Below are positions 1-7,817 of a DNA stretch of 32,000 bases, in pieces. Position 1 is the first letter of the stretch, and each line of letters starts with the position of its first letter. A program made the position numbers and the translations under genes. This DNA comes from Delftia acidovorans NBRC 14950 (GTDB lineage Bacteria > Pseudomonadota > Gammaproteobacteria > Burkholderiales > Burkholderiaceae_C): assembly GCF_001598795.1 (NCBI RefSeq), contig NZ_BCZP01000014.1:90001-122000 (forward strand), written 5' to 3'. The notes under the pieces are model-generated. The model was not told where the DNA came from, did no database searches, and saw only the letters and a list, made by a program, of their open reading frames with translations.

Positions 1-624
1 GATCACGGGCGATGCGGCAGGCTCCACGGCAAAGACCTTGAGCTGGGGGAACCTGGCCTTGAGCACCTTGGCCACGCCGGTCAGGTGGCCGCCCGTGCCC
101 ACGCCGGTGATCAGCACATCCAGGCCTTCGGGGAAGTCGGCCAGGATTTCCTGGGCCGTGGTGCGCACATGCACGTCGATGTTGGCGGGGTTCTCGAACT
201 GCTGGGGAATCCAGGCGCCGGGCGTCTGGCTGGCCAGTTCCTGGGCGCGGGCGATGGCGCCCTTCATGCCCTTTTCCTTGGGCGTGAGGTCGAAGCTGGC
301 GCCGTAGGCCAGCATCAGGCGGCGGCGCTCGATGCTCATGCTCTCGGGCATGACCAGCACCAGCTTGTAGCCCTTGACGGCGGCCACCAGGGCCAGGCCC
401 ACGCCAGTGTTGCCGCTGGTGGGCTCGATGATGGTGCCGCCGGGCTGCAGGGCGCCGGACTTCTCGGCGTCCTCGACCATGGCCAGGGCGATGCGGTCCT
501 TGATGGAGCCGCCGGGGTTGCCACGCTCGGACTTGATCCACACATTGGCACCGGCGCCGAACAGGCGGTTGATGCGCACATGGGGCGTGTTGCCAATCGT
601 TTGCAGGATGTTGTCAGCTCTCAT
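1..624 (-). CDS. cysK: Cysteine synthase A (O-acetylserine sulfhydrylase), 3' end truncated by the window edge
   Basis: Hand translation of the minus strand from the ATG (complement of cat at 622-624) gives [66 protein letters not shown]. It contains the PLP-lysine SIKDR motif and the TSGNTG loop typical of CysK. It is absent from the ORF track because it runs off the window. Confidence 0.85.
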   Translation of the reverse strand, partial: MRADNILQTIGNTPHVRINRLFGAGANVWIKSERGNPGGSIKDRIALAMVEDAEKSGALQPGGTIIEPTSGNTGVGLALVAAVKGYKLVLVMPESMSIERRRLMLAYGASFDLTPKEKGMKGAIARAQELASQTPGAWIPQQFENPANIDVHVRTTAQEILADFPEGLDVLITGVGTGGHLTGVAKVLKARFPQLKVFAVEPAASPVI

Positions 625-764
625 CGGACCTCCGCGAGTTGGGGTGGTGGTTGGACAGTCGGGGGTGGCGCGCAGACGCTGCGCGAAAACCAGGCATTCA
701 TTGTGCACGCAGCTGTTCTATGCATGGGCTATATCGATATGGCCTGGACGGCTAACATCGCCGC

Positions 765-1700
765 ATGAATCTACGGTTCCTGGAAACCTTTGTCTTGCTG
801 GCCGAGCTGCGCAATTTCCGCATGACGGCCGAGCGGCTGTACACCACGCAGGCCGCCGTCTCCAGCCGCATCGCCACGCTGGAGCAGGAGTTCGGCGTGC
901 GCCTGTTCGACCGTGGCGTGCGCGAGGTCACGCTGACGGCCGACGGCGCCAAGGCCCTGGTCCATGCCGAGCGCATGCTGCGCCTCATGCGCGAGATGCG
1001 CGAAGACATGCTGGACAAGCAGGCCTATGCGGGCGTGATCCGCATCGGCGCCATCGAGTCCATCGTGCACAGCTGGTTTCCCGACTTTCTGGCGCTGCTG
1101 CAGCAGCGCTATCCGCGCCTGCAGGTGGAGATCGCCTGCGACACCACGCTGCACATGTCCGATCAATTGGTGAAGGGCCAGCTGGACCTGTCGCTGCAGG
1201 CCAAGCCCGTGACGGCGGCCGGCGTGGGCCATCTGTCGCTGGGTGAATTTCCCATGGCCTGGGTAGGCAGCCCCAAGCTGGGCATTGGCGACGAGACCCT
1301 GAGCCTGGCCGAGCTGGCGGCCTTTCCCATCATGTGCTTTGCGCGCGGCTCCGAGCCGTATGCGGTGATCGAGCAGTTGTTCTCCACCGAAAGCAGCGCC
1401 TCGGTGCACCTGAACTGCATCGCCTCGGTGGCGACCATGATCCGCGTGGTCTGCGACGGCCTGGGCGTGGCCGCCGTGCCGCCGGCCATCATCCAGCGCG
1501 AGCTGGCCGAGCAGCGCCTGCGCCTGCTGCGCGTGGACCGTGAGTTCCCCTCGCTGCCGCTGGTGGCCTGCTTTCGCAATGACCACCAGAACCCGCTGAC
1601 CGAAGTGGTGGCGCGCGCGGCCGAGGAGACCGCCGCCGCCTTTGCGCTGAACCACGGCCAGGCCGTGGCGCGGCTGCCGGGCAGCGGCCTGGGCGGCTAG
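765..1700 (+). CDS. LysR-family transcriptional regulator
   Basis: 311-aa ORF. The N-terminal HTH reads MNLRFLETFVLLAELRNFRMTAERLYTTQAAVSSRIATLEQEFGVRLFDR, a classic LysR signature. It lies divergent from cysK and convergent with the amidase operon. Confidence 0.85.
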   Translation: MNLRFLETFVLLAELRNFRMTAERLYTTQAAVSSRIATLEQEFGVRLFDRGVREVTLTADGAKALVHAERMLRLMREMREDMLDKQAYAGVIRIGAIESIVHSWFPDFLALLQQRYPRLQVEIACDTTLHMSDQLVKGQLDLSLQAKPVTAAGVGHLSLGEFPMAWVGSPKLGIGDETLSLAELAAFPIMCFARGSEPYAVIEQLFSTESSASVHLNCIASVATMIRVVCDGLGVAAVPPAIIQRELAEQRLRLLRVDREFPSLPLVACFRNDHQNPLTEVVARAAEETAAAFALNHGQAVARLPGSGLGG

Positions 1701-1720
1701 GCCCGAGGCCGCCTGGTCGA

Positions 1721-3091
1721 TCAGCCCTGCGCCGAAGCCAGCAGCTGCTCCACGGCCAGGGCCACGGACAGCAGTCGCCGGTCCTGCCCGCCGAGGCCGG
1801 CCAGGCTCAGGCCCACGGGCGCCTCGCCTGCGCGGTGGCAGGGCAGGGAGATGGCGCAGCCGTCGAGGAAGTTGATCAGCGTGGGGTTGCGCAGGATCAG
1901 GCCGTTGGCGCCGAAGTAGGCTTCGTCGCTCTGCGTGAGGTCGGCGATCTTCGGGGCGACCACGGGCACGGTGGGCATGACGATCAGGTCATGGTCGGCC
2001 ATCTGGGCGCTCACGGCGGCAATCCACTGCCTGCGGCGTGCCAGCAGGTCGATGTAGTCGGCCGCGCTGATGTCCTTGCCGCGCAGGATGCGCGTGCCCA
2101 CGCGCGGGTCGTACTCGGACAGGCGCGTGGCGATGTGGTGGCGGTGCCAGGCCCAGGCCTCGGCGGCCGTGAAGCCGCCCTTGGAATTGATGTCGGCCAG
2201 CTCGCCGAAGGGCGCGACCACGGCATGGGTGATGTGGGCGCCCGCCTGCGACAGCAGGGACAGGGCGCGCTCCCAGGCGGCGGCCACGGTGGCGTCCATG
2301 CCGTCCAGCACCACGTTGGTGGGAGCCAGCAGGCGCAGGCCCTGCAGCGGCGCGGCATGCAGCTCGCCCAGCGGCTCGCCGCTGAGGATGGCGTCCAGCG
2401 TGGCGCAGCAGCGCACGCTGGGGGCCAGCGGGCCGATGGAGTCCAGGTTGGCCGACAGCGGCAGCACGCCCTCCATGCTCACGCGGCGCGCCGTGGGCTT
2501 GAAGCCCGTGAGCCCGCACAGCGCCGAAGGAATGCGCACCGAGCCGCCCGTGTCCGAGCCGATGGCCGCCATGGCCATGCCGTCGGTGACCGATATGGCC
2601 GCGCCCGAGGACGAGCCGCCCGGGATGCGGCCGCCGTCCTCGTCACGCTGCCAGGGATTGCGCGGCGTGCCGTAGTGCGGGTTGATGCCCAGGCCCGAGT
2701 AGGCGAACTCGGTCATGTTGGTCGTGCCCACGATGACGGCGCCGGCCTGGCGCAGGCGCTGCACCACCTCGGCCGTGCGCTGCGCGGGCGGCGCATCGGC
2801 CAGCAGGCGCGAGCCGCCCAGCGTGGGAAAGCCGGCGATGTCGAACAGGTCCTTGACCGAGACCGGCAGGCCCTCGATGGGCGAGCGCGCCAGGCCGGCC
2901 GCACGCAGCACGTCGCTGGCACGGGCCTCGGCCAGGGCCGCGCCCTGGAACACGCGCGTGAACACCTTGGGGCCTTCCCCCGACATGGTGCGGGCCAGGG
3001 CCTGCTCGGTCAGCTGCACCGAGGTGGTTTCGCCGCCATGCAGGCGCTGTGATGCCAGTTCCAGGCTGGGCAGGGGGAGGGCTTGGGTCAT
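1721..3091 (-). CDS. Amidase (amidase-signature family, Ser-cisSer-Lys)
   Basis: The ORF-track entry 1721..3400 was trimmed to the internal start MTQALPLPSLELASQRL (ATG complement at 3089-3091, AGGA a few nt upstream). It contains PVSVKDLFD and the GGSSSGAA amidase signature. Confidence 0.85.
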   Translation of the reverse strand: MTQALPLPSLELASQRLHGGETTSVQLTEQALARTMSGEGPKVFTRVFQGAALAEARASDVLRAAGLARSPIEGLPVSVKDLFDIAGFPTLGGSRLLADAPPAQRTAEVVQRLRQAGAVIVGTTNMTEFAYSGLGINPHYGTPRNPWQRDEDGGRIPGGSSSGAAISVTDGMAMAAIGSDTGGSVRIPSALCGLTGFKPTARRVSMEGVLPLSANLDSIGPLAPSVRCCATLDAILSGEPLGELHAAPLQGLRLLAPTNVVLDGMDATVAAAWERALSLLSQAGAHITHAVVAPFGELADINSKGGFTAAEAWAWHRHHIATRLSEYDPRVGTRILRGKDISAADYIDLLARRRQWIAAVSAQMADHDLIVMPTVPVVAPKIADLTQSDEAYFGANGLILRNPTLINFLDGCAISLPCHRAGEAPVGLSLAGLGGQDRRLLSVALAVEQLLASAQG

Positions 3092-3141
3092 GTGGGAAGT
3101 CCTGTGGGTGAAGGCGGGCGTGGGCGGATCGGAGTCGCGGC

Positions 3142-3819
3142 TCAGGCCACGACGTCCAGCAGTTCGCTGCGGTAGCTGTGGCGGATGGAACGCTGGCTGC
3201 GGGGATCGTACAGCTCCATGGAGAACTGCGTCGAGGGGCGGATGCCGCCGATGGCGCCCACCGTGCCGCAGGTCATGCCGCAGCCTGCGGGCAGCAGATC
3301 CTTGCCGCCCGTGAAGCCTGCGATCAGGTCCTGGGGCGTGCGCAGGCTGGCCAGCGTGCCTTCCTGATAGAGCACCTCGCGGCCGTCTTCCACGATCCAC
3401 GAGCGCACGACCAGCTCATCCCAGTGGCCGGCCACGTCGGCAAAGCGCCAGGCCTGGGTGGCCACGGGCTTGACGCAGGCCTGCTTGGAAAAGGCCACGC
3501 TGTAGGCCTCGAGCTTGCGGTCCGTGTGGTCGGAGGCCAGGCTCACGAACATCTCGCCTTCGTGCGTGAACACGAAGACCTCCACCTCGCCCGAGGAGTC
3601 CGGGCCCAGCACCTGCAGCGCGCTGCGCTGGCTCAGCTGGTTGCTGGAGATGCGGTAGTACAGCGGCACGGCGCTGGGGCGCGGGATGCCGATGGCGGCG
3701 AGCTCCTCGATGTGGTGCTCGATGGCCTCGCGGTCGCGGCCGGCCCAGCCGGCGACGATCAGGGTGTCGAATTCAGGGGCGAAGGTCTGGCCCTCGGGGG
3801 TGGTGAACTGCAGTTGCAT
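3142..3819 (-). CDS. Conserved hypothetical protein, DUF2848-like (family assignment from memory)
   Basis: 225-aa ORF with good high-GC third positions. Motifs TLIVAGWAGRD, SSGEVEVFV and ASDHTDRKLE resemble what I recall of DUF2848 proteins. It sits between the MFS and amidase genes on the same strand. Confidence 0.6.
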   Translation of the reverse strand: MQLQFTTPEGQTFAPEFDTLIVAGWAGRDREAIEHHIEELAAIGIPRPSAVPLYYRISSNQLSQRSALQVLGPDSSGEVEVFVFTHEGEMFVSLASDHTDRKLEAYSVAFSKQACVKPVATQAWRFADVAGHWDELVVRSWIVEDGREVLYQEGTLASLRTPQDLIAGFTGGKDLLPAGCGMTCGTVGAIGGIRPSTQFSMELYDPRSQRSIRHSYRSELLDVVA

Positions 3820-3835
3820 GGCAGGCGATCCAGGG

Positions 3836-3857
3836 AAAAGGCGGGGCCGCAGGCCCC
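3836..3857 (-). terminator. Terminator-like or attenuator hairpin between the MFS and DUF2848 genes
   Basis: The minus-strand RNA reads GGGGCCUGCGGCCCC followed by GCCUUUU. That is a 6-bp GC stem with a 3-nt loop and a short U tract, about 50 nt after the MFS stop. Confidence 0.3.
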
Positions 3858-3906
3858 GGTGGGAAAGAGGAGGGGGCAGTGGCGCGCGCGGTGCGGCGCG
3901 CAGGCA

Positions 3907-5226
3907 TCACTGCTTCTTGACGAAGAGCACGACCAGGAAGGCGGCCATGAATTCCAGCGCGGCCACGAAGTACAGGCCTGAGGACAGCGACCCCGTGCTG
4001 GTCTTGAGCGCGCCGATCATGTAGGGCGCCACGAAGCCGGCCAGGTTGCCGATGGAGTTGATCAGCGCAATGCCGCCGGCCGCCGCCGTGCCGGCCAGGA
4101 AGGCGGCAGGAATCGACCAGAACACGGGAAAGGCCGCGAGGATGCCGATGGAGGCCAGCGTCAGCGCGCACAGGGCGAGCACGGCGTTGTGCAGGAACAG
4201 GCCCGTCAGGATCAGGCCCGCCGCCGCGATCAGCGCGGACAGGGCGCAGTGCATGCGGCGCTCGCCGGTCTTGTCCGAATGCATGCCGTTCCAGACCATG
4301 GCCAGCGTGCCGGCCAGGAAGGGAATGGCCGAGATCAGGCCGATCTGCAGCGTGTTCTGGATGCCGATCTCCTTGATGATGGACGGCGACCAGAAGGCAA
4401 TGGTGGCGTTGCCGCTGACGATGCAGAAGTACACGGCAGCGCACAGCCACACGCGGTAGTTGCGGCAGGCGTCCAGGAAGGACACATGCTTGTGGCCGCC
4501 CTGGTTCTCTGCCTCCACGGCGGCGGTCACGGCGCGCTGCTCGGACGCGCTCAGCCACTTGGCGTTGGCGGGCTTCTCGGGCAGGTACAGCAGCACGAAG
4601 AAGCCGGCGATCACCGAAGGAATGCCTTCCAGGATGAACAGCCACTGCCAGTTGGACAGATGGCCCACGCCCTGCATGCCATTCATGATGGCGCCCGCAA
4701 TGGGGCCGCCCACGGCGCCCGCAATGGCGAACGAGGTCATGAACAGGCCGTTGACGCGCGCCCGGTGGCGGGCCGGGAACCAGTAGGTCAGGTACAGCAC
4801 CACGCCGGGGAAGAAGCCGGCCTCCACCACGCCCAAGATGAAGCGCAGCACGTAGAACATGGTGGGCGTGGTCACATAGGCCATGGCCATGGAGGCCGCG
4901 CCCCACAGGATGGTGATGCGCGCCAGCGTCTTGCGTGCGCCGATCTTCTCCAGCAGCAGGTTGCTGGGCACTTCGAACAGAAAGTAGCCGATGAAGAAGA
5001 TGCCGGCACCCAGGCCGTAGATGGCCTCGCTGAACTGCAGGTCGTCCAGCATCTGCAGCTTGGCGAAGCCGACGTTGACGCGGTCTATCCACGCCAGGAT
5101 GAAGAGCAGCACCAGAAAGGGAATCAGGCGCCAGGCGATCTTGCGGTAGGTGGCGTCCATGTCGGGCGGCGATGCCTGGCCGGCGCCGTGGGCGGGGGAA
5201 TGTGCGGCGGATGCCGGACTGCTCAT
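3907..5226 (-). CDS. MFS transporter (anion:cation symporter/ACS-like, organic-acid type)
   Basis: 439-aa ORF with multiple hydrophobic spans. The N-terminal YRKIAWRLIPFLVLLFILAWIDRVNVGFAKLQM is typical of ACS-family MFS permeases. An AGGAGA RBS lies about 6 nt upstream of the ATG at 5226. Confidence 0.85.
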   Translation of the reverse strand: MSSPASAAHSPAHGAGQASPPDMDATYRKIAWRLIPFLVLLFILAWIDRVNVGFAKLQMLDDLQFSEAIYGLGAGIFFIGYFLFEVPSNLLLEKIGARKTLARITILWGAASMAMAYVTTPTMFYVLRFILGVVEAGFFPGVVLYLTYWFPARHRARVNGLFMTSFAIAGAVGGPIAGAIMNGMQGVGHLSNWQWLFILEGIPSVIAGFFVLLYLPEKPANAKWLSASEQRAVTAAVEAENQGGHKHVSFLDACRNYRVWLCAAVYFCIVSGNATIAFWSPSIIKEIGIQNTLQIGLISAIPFLAGTLAMVWNGMHSDKTGERRMHCALSALIAAAGLILTGLFLHNAVLALCALTLASIGILAAFPVFWSIPAAFLAGTAAAGGIALINSIGNLAGFVAPYMIGALKTSTGSLSSGLYFVAALEFMAAFLVVLFVKKQ

Positions 5227-5500
5227 GGGGTGTCTCCTGTCTTCGACGGTGCAGCGGGCACACGGACCGGGGCGGGGCCCGTGTGTCTTAGGGGCTTCAG
5301 GCGCTGGCGGGTCTGCAGTGAGACCGGCCGGGCGTCTGGAGCTGTTCCTGTGGCGGCAGTATCGAAAGGCGGGACAGGGCTGTCCAACAAGAAATTATGA
5401 GCAGGCCTGAATGCAAATTCTTATGGGCAGAGCTGGTGCGGGCGCCGCACCGGCATGCAGCATGCGTGCACCATTTGCGCTCGGGAAAACCCTGATTTTT

Positions 5501-6400
5501 TCAGGCGGTGGCGGCGGCACGCGGTGCGCGCAAAGGCTGCTTCCACAGCTCGGCCAGCAGCAGGCCGCCAATGGTCAGCACGCCGCCCACGGCGTGGTAG
5601 GCCGCCAGGGGCTCACCCAATGCCATGAAGGCGATCACGGCCGTGAAGATGGGTACCAGGTTGAAGAACATGCTGGAGCGGCCCGGGCCGATGCGCGCCA
5701 CCGACATCATCCACAGCAGCGGCGCGGCGATGGAGGCCATGATGCCCGCAAAGCCCACCAGCGGCAGGTTGGTCGCGTTCAGCCCCGTGCGCGGCGCCAT
5801 CAGGAACAGCGGCAACTGCGCGATCACGGCCACCAGGATCTGCAGGTACAGCAGTTGCACCGTGGCCAGGCGCGGCATGGGCCAGCGCTTGAGCAGGATG
5901 TTGTAGACCGCATAAGCCAGCATGGCCACGAACATCAGCGCATCGCCGCCATTGAGGCCCTGGGTGAGCAAGGTGGCAGGCTGCCCCGAAGACACCACCA
6001 GGGCCACGCCCGCAATCGCCAGCACGCAGCCCAGCACGGCGCCCCGGCTCAGCGCCTGGCCCAGCATGGCGGTGGACAGGCCCAGCACCATCATGGGCGT
6101 GAGCGAGCCGATCAGGCCCATGTGCGTGGCCGATGTCATATGGGCCGCGTAATAGGCCAGGCTCTGGTAGATCACCATGCCCAGCATCCCCAGCACGATG
6201 AGGCGCGGCAGCAGCGGCCGGATGTCGGCGCGCTGGCGCCAGATGGACGGCAAAAGGAAAGGCGTGAACAGCACGGCCGCCACCAGCCAGCGGTAGAAAC
6301 CGATCTCGGCCGCGCCGATGCTGTCGGCCGCCATCTTGCTGACCACGGTATTGACCGACCAGATGAGCACGGCGATCAAAGGGAAAAGGTAAGACCCCAT
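5501..6400 (-). CDS. DMT-superfamily (EamA-like) transporter
   Basis: The track ORF 5501..7081 was trimmed to MGSYLFPLIAVLIWSVNTVVSKMAADSIG (ATG complement at 6398-6400, AGGAG RBS upstream). About 299 aa, with a 10-TM-like hydrophobic pattern and two EamA-like halves. Confidence 0.8.
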   Translation of the reverse strand: MGSYLFPLIAVLIWSVNTVVSKMAADSIGAAEIGFYRWLVAAVLFTPFLLPSIWRQRADIRPLLPRLIVLGMLGMVIYQSLAYYAAHMTSATHMGLIGSLTPMMVLGLSTAMLGQALSRGAVLGCVLAIAGVALVVSSGQPATLLTQGLNGGDALMFVAMLAYAVYNILLKRWPMPRLATVQLLYLQILVAVIAQLPLFLMAPRTGLNATNLPLVGFAGIMASIAAPLLWMMSVARIGPGRSSMFFNLVPIFTAVIAFMALGEPLAAYHAVGGVLTIGGLLLAELWKQPLRAPRAAATA

Positions 6401-6496
6401 TGGAAGACTCCTAAGACTGGTCCTATGATCTTTCTGTCCGACTTGGAGTGCATCCCTGGTTTCGGACAATCGATAGCGCAACCCGGACCATCCGCC

Positions 6497-7291
6497 ATGC
6501 CCCGTCCCAGCAAGCCCATGCACATCCAGAACGTCGAGGATGTGCCGGGCGAGTACTACTTCCGCTACGACGAATTCGGCGCCGACACCGAGGTGCCGCC
6601 GCACAGCCACAGCTGGGGACACCTGAACTACACCCCCCACGGCAGCATGTGCATGGACACGGCAGGCCAGCGCTGGGTCTCGCCGCCGCAGTACGGCGTC
6701 TGGGTGCCGCCCGGCGTGGTGCACAGCTGCCACGTGGCGCACGCCGTGGTCTACCGCTCGGTCTACCTGGCGCCTGCGCTGTGCAGGGAGCTGCCGGCGC
6801 AGCCGTGCTCCATGCGCATCGGCGCCATCGTCAAGGCCATCCTGGCCGACTTTGCCGTGCGCGACGTGCACATTCCCGCCACGGATGCTGACCTGCGCCT
6901 GGCCCGTGTGCTCTACGACCAGTTGCGGGCCGTTCCCGTGGAGCCTGGATATCTGCCGGCCGCCGAACACCCGGCCCTGGTCGAAGTGCTGACCCGCATG
7001 CGCGCTGCGCCCGAGGACCACCGCAGCCTGGCCCAATGGGCCGCCAGCGTGCACATGACCGAGCGCACCCTGGCGCGCCACTGCCAGCGCGAGCTGGGCA
7101 TGGGCCTGGGCGAATGGCGCCAGCGCATGCGCTACCTGCTGGCCATCGATGCGCTGGAGGCCGGCCTGAGCGTGCAGCAGATCGCCTATGACCTGGGCTA
7201 CAGCACGCCCTCGGCCTTCATCGCCATGTTCCAGCGCGAGGCCGGCACCTCACCCGAACAATTCCGCCGCGAGTTCTGCATGCCGCCGTGA
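6497..7291 (+). CDS. AraC-family transcriptional regulator (cupin N-domain plus C-terminal HTH)
   Basis: The track ORF 5411..7291 was trimmed to MPRPSKPMHIQNVEDVPGEYYFRY. The C-terminus SLAQWAASVHMTERTLARHCQRELGMGLGEWRQRMR...GYSTPSAFIAMFQREAGTSPEQFRR is a typical AraC HTH. It is divergent from the EamA gene. The start (6497 versus 6518) is uncertain. Confidence 0.8.
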   Translation: MPRPSKPMHIQNVEDVPGEYYFRYDEFGADTEVPPHSHSWGHLNYTPHGSMCMDTAGQRWVSPPQYGVWVPPGVVHSCHVAHAVVYRSVYLAPALCRELPAQPCSMRIGAIVKAILADFAVRDVHIPATDADLRLARVLYDQLRAVPVEPGYLPAAEHPALVEVLTRMRAAPEDHRSLAQWAASVHMTERTLARHCQRELGMGLGEWRQRMRYLLAIDALEAGLSVQQIAYDLGYSTPSAFIAMFQREAGTSPEQFRREFCMPP

Positions 7292-7345
7292 GGCTGTTGC
7301 GCCATCTGCCTGCAGCCCGGCCCAAGCCGCGAGATAATGCCGCCC

Positions 7346-7772
7346 GTGAAGCACGCCAGACCGCCGCTGGTGCAATCGTGGAAACACGGCACTGGAGGAA
7401 CGTCCGGACTGCACAGGGCAGCGTAGCAGCTAACGGCTGTCCACCGTGAGGTGAGGATCAGAGCAACAGAGACGAGTTTGGACGGAACAATTCCCCCCGG
7501 GTGTTCTGTGGGTCGGCGAAAGCCGAACCGGATGGCGCAAGCCATACGGTCCATGCGCAAGCATGGAACCCACAGCCACCTTGGACGGGAACCGTCCAAG
7601 GTGAAACGGGCAATCTCTACGCGCAGCAATACCAAGTAGGCACACGTTGACGGGGCCCCCGGAGTGTGCGGGTAGGTAGCACCGAGCCGGGCGGCGACGC
7701 CCGGCCCAGATTAATGGCGGTCACATGCGGGCAACCGCGTGCACAGAATCCGGCTTATCGGCGCGCTTCACA
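7346..7772 (+). ncRNA. rnpB: RNase P RNA, bacterial type A
   Basis: Conserved blocks are visible directly. GGAGGAACGTCCGGACTGCACAGGGCAG matches CR-I GAGGAAAGUCCGGGCU. AGCAACAGAGACGAG is present. ACAGAATCCGGCTTATCGG matches CR-V ACAGAACCCGGCUUAUCGG. The 5' GTGAAGCACGCC can pair with the 3' GGCGCGCTTCAC to form P1. The ends are approximate. Confidence 0.9.
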
Positions 7773-7781
7773 CTTTCTTTC

Positions 7782-7807
7782 ATGCCCCGCCACTGGCGGG
7801 GCATTTT
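7782..7807. terminator. Bidirectional intrinsic-terminator hairpin between convergent rnpB and the TonB-dependent receptor gene
   Basis: ATGCCCCGCC-ACT-GGCGGGGCAT is a perfect 10-bp stem, followed by TTTT on the plus strand. It lies 10 nt after rnpB and 10 nt after the receptor stop codon. Confidence 0.6.
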
Positions 7808-7817
7808 CATGGGCGGT

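Noticed and set aside
1835-3052. 405-aa plus-strand ORF antisense to the amidase gene. Similar long antisense ORFs occur at 4189..5400, 8568..10286, 9880..11799, 12653..14428, 15688..17157, 17028..18596, 19283..20770, 21340..23397, 24816..26429, 27014..28633, 28579..29919 and 30024..31838.
   Set aside because: These are typical shadow ORFs of high-GC DNA. Each lies opposite a gene with clear family motifs. Their translations are Arg/Gly/Ala/His-rich low-complexity strings with no recognisable motifs.
5227-5500. A possible small gene or LysR operator in the 274-nt spacer upstream of the MFS gene (AAGAATTTGCAT..CATAATTTCTT region, and the 86-aa plus-strand ORF 5150..5410).
   Set aside because: The ORF overlaps the MFS start and has junk-like composition. 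The inverted repeat is imperfect, and no promoter spacing fits. The evidence is insufficient to call it.
5411-6496. N-terminal 362 residues of the 626-aa track ORF that ends as the AraC regulator. Analogous upstream extensions occur in the track ORFs at 3092..3400, 10293..10562, 14321..14665, 21271..21354 and 21919..22017.
   Set aside because: The extensions overlap real genes on the other strand or promoter regions and have junk-like composition. The conserved protein N-termini begin at internal start codons, several with a visible RBS.
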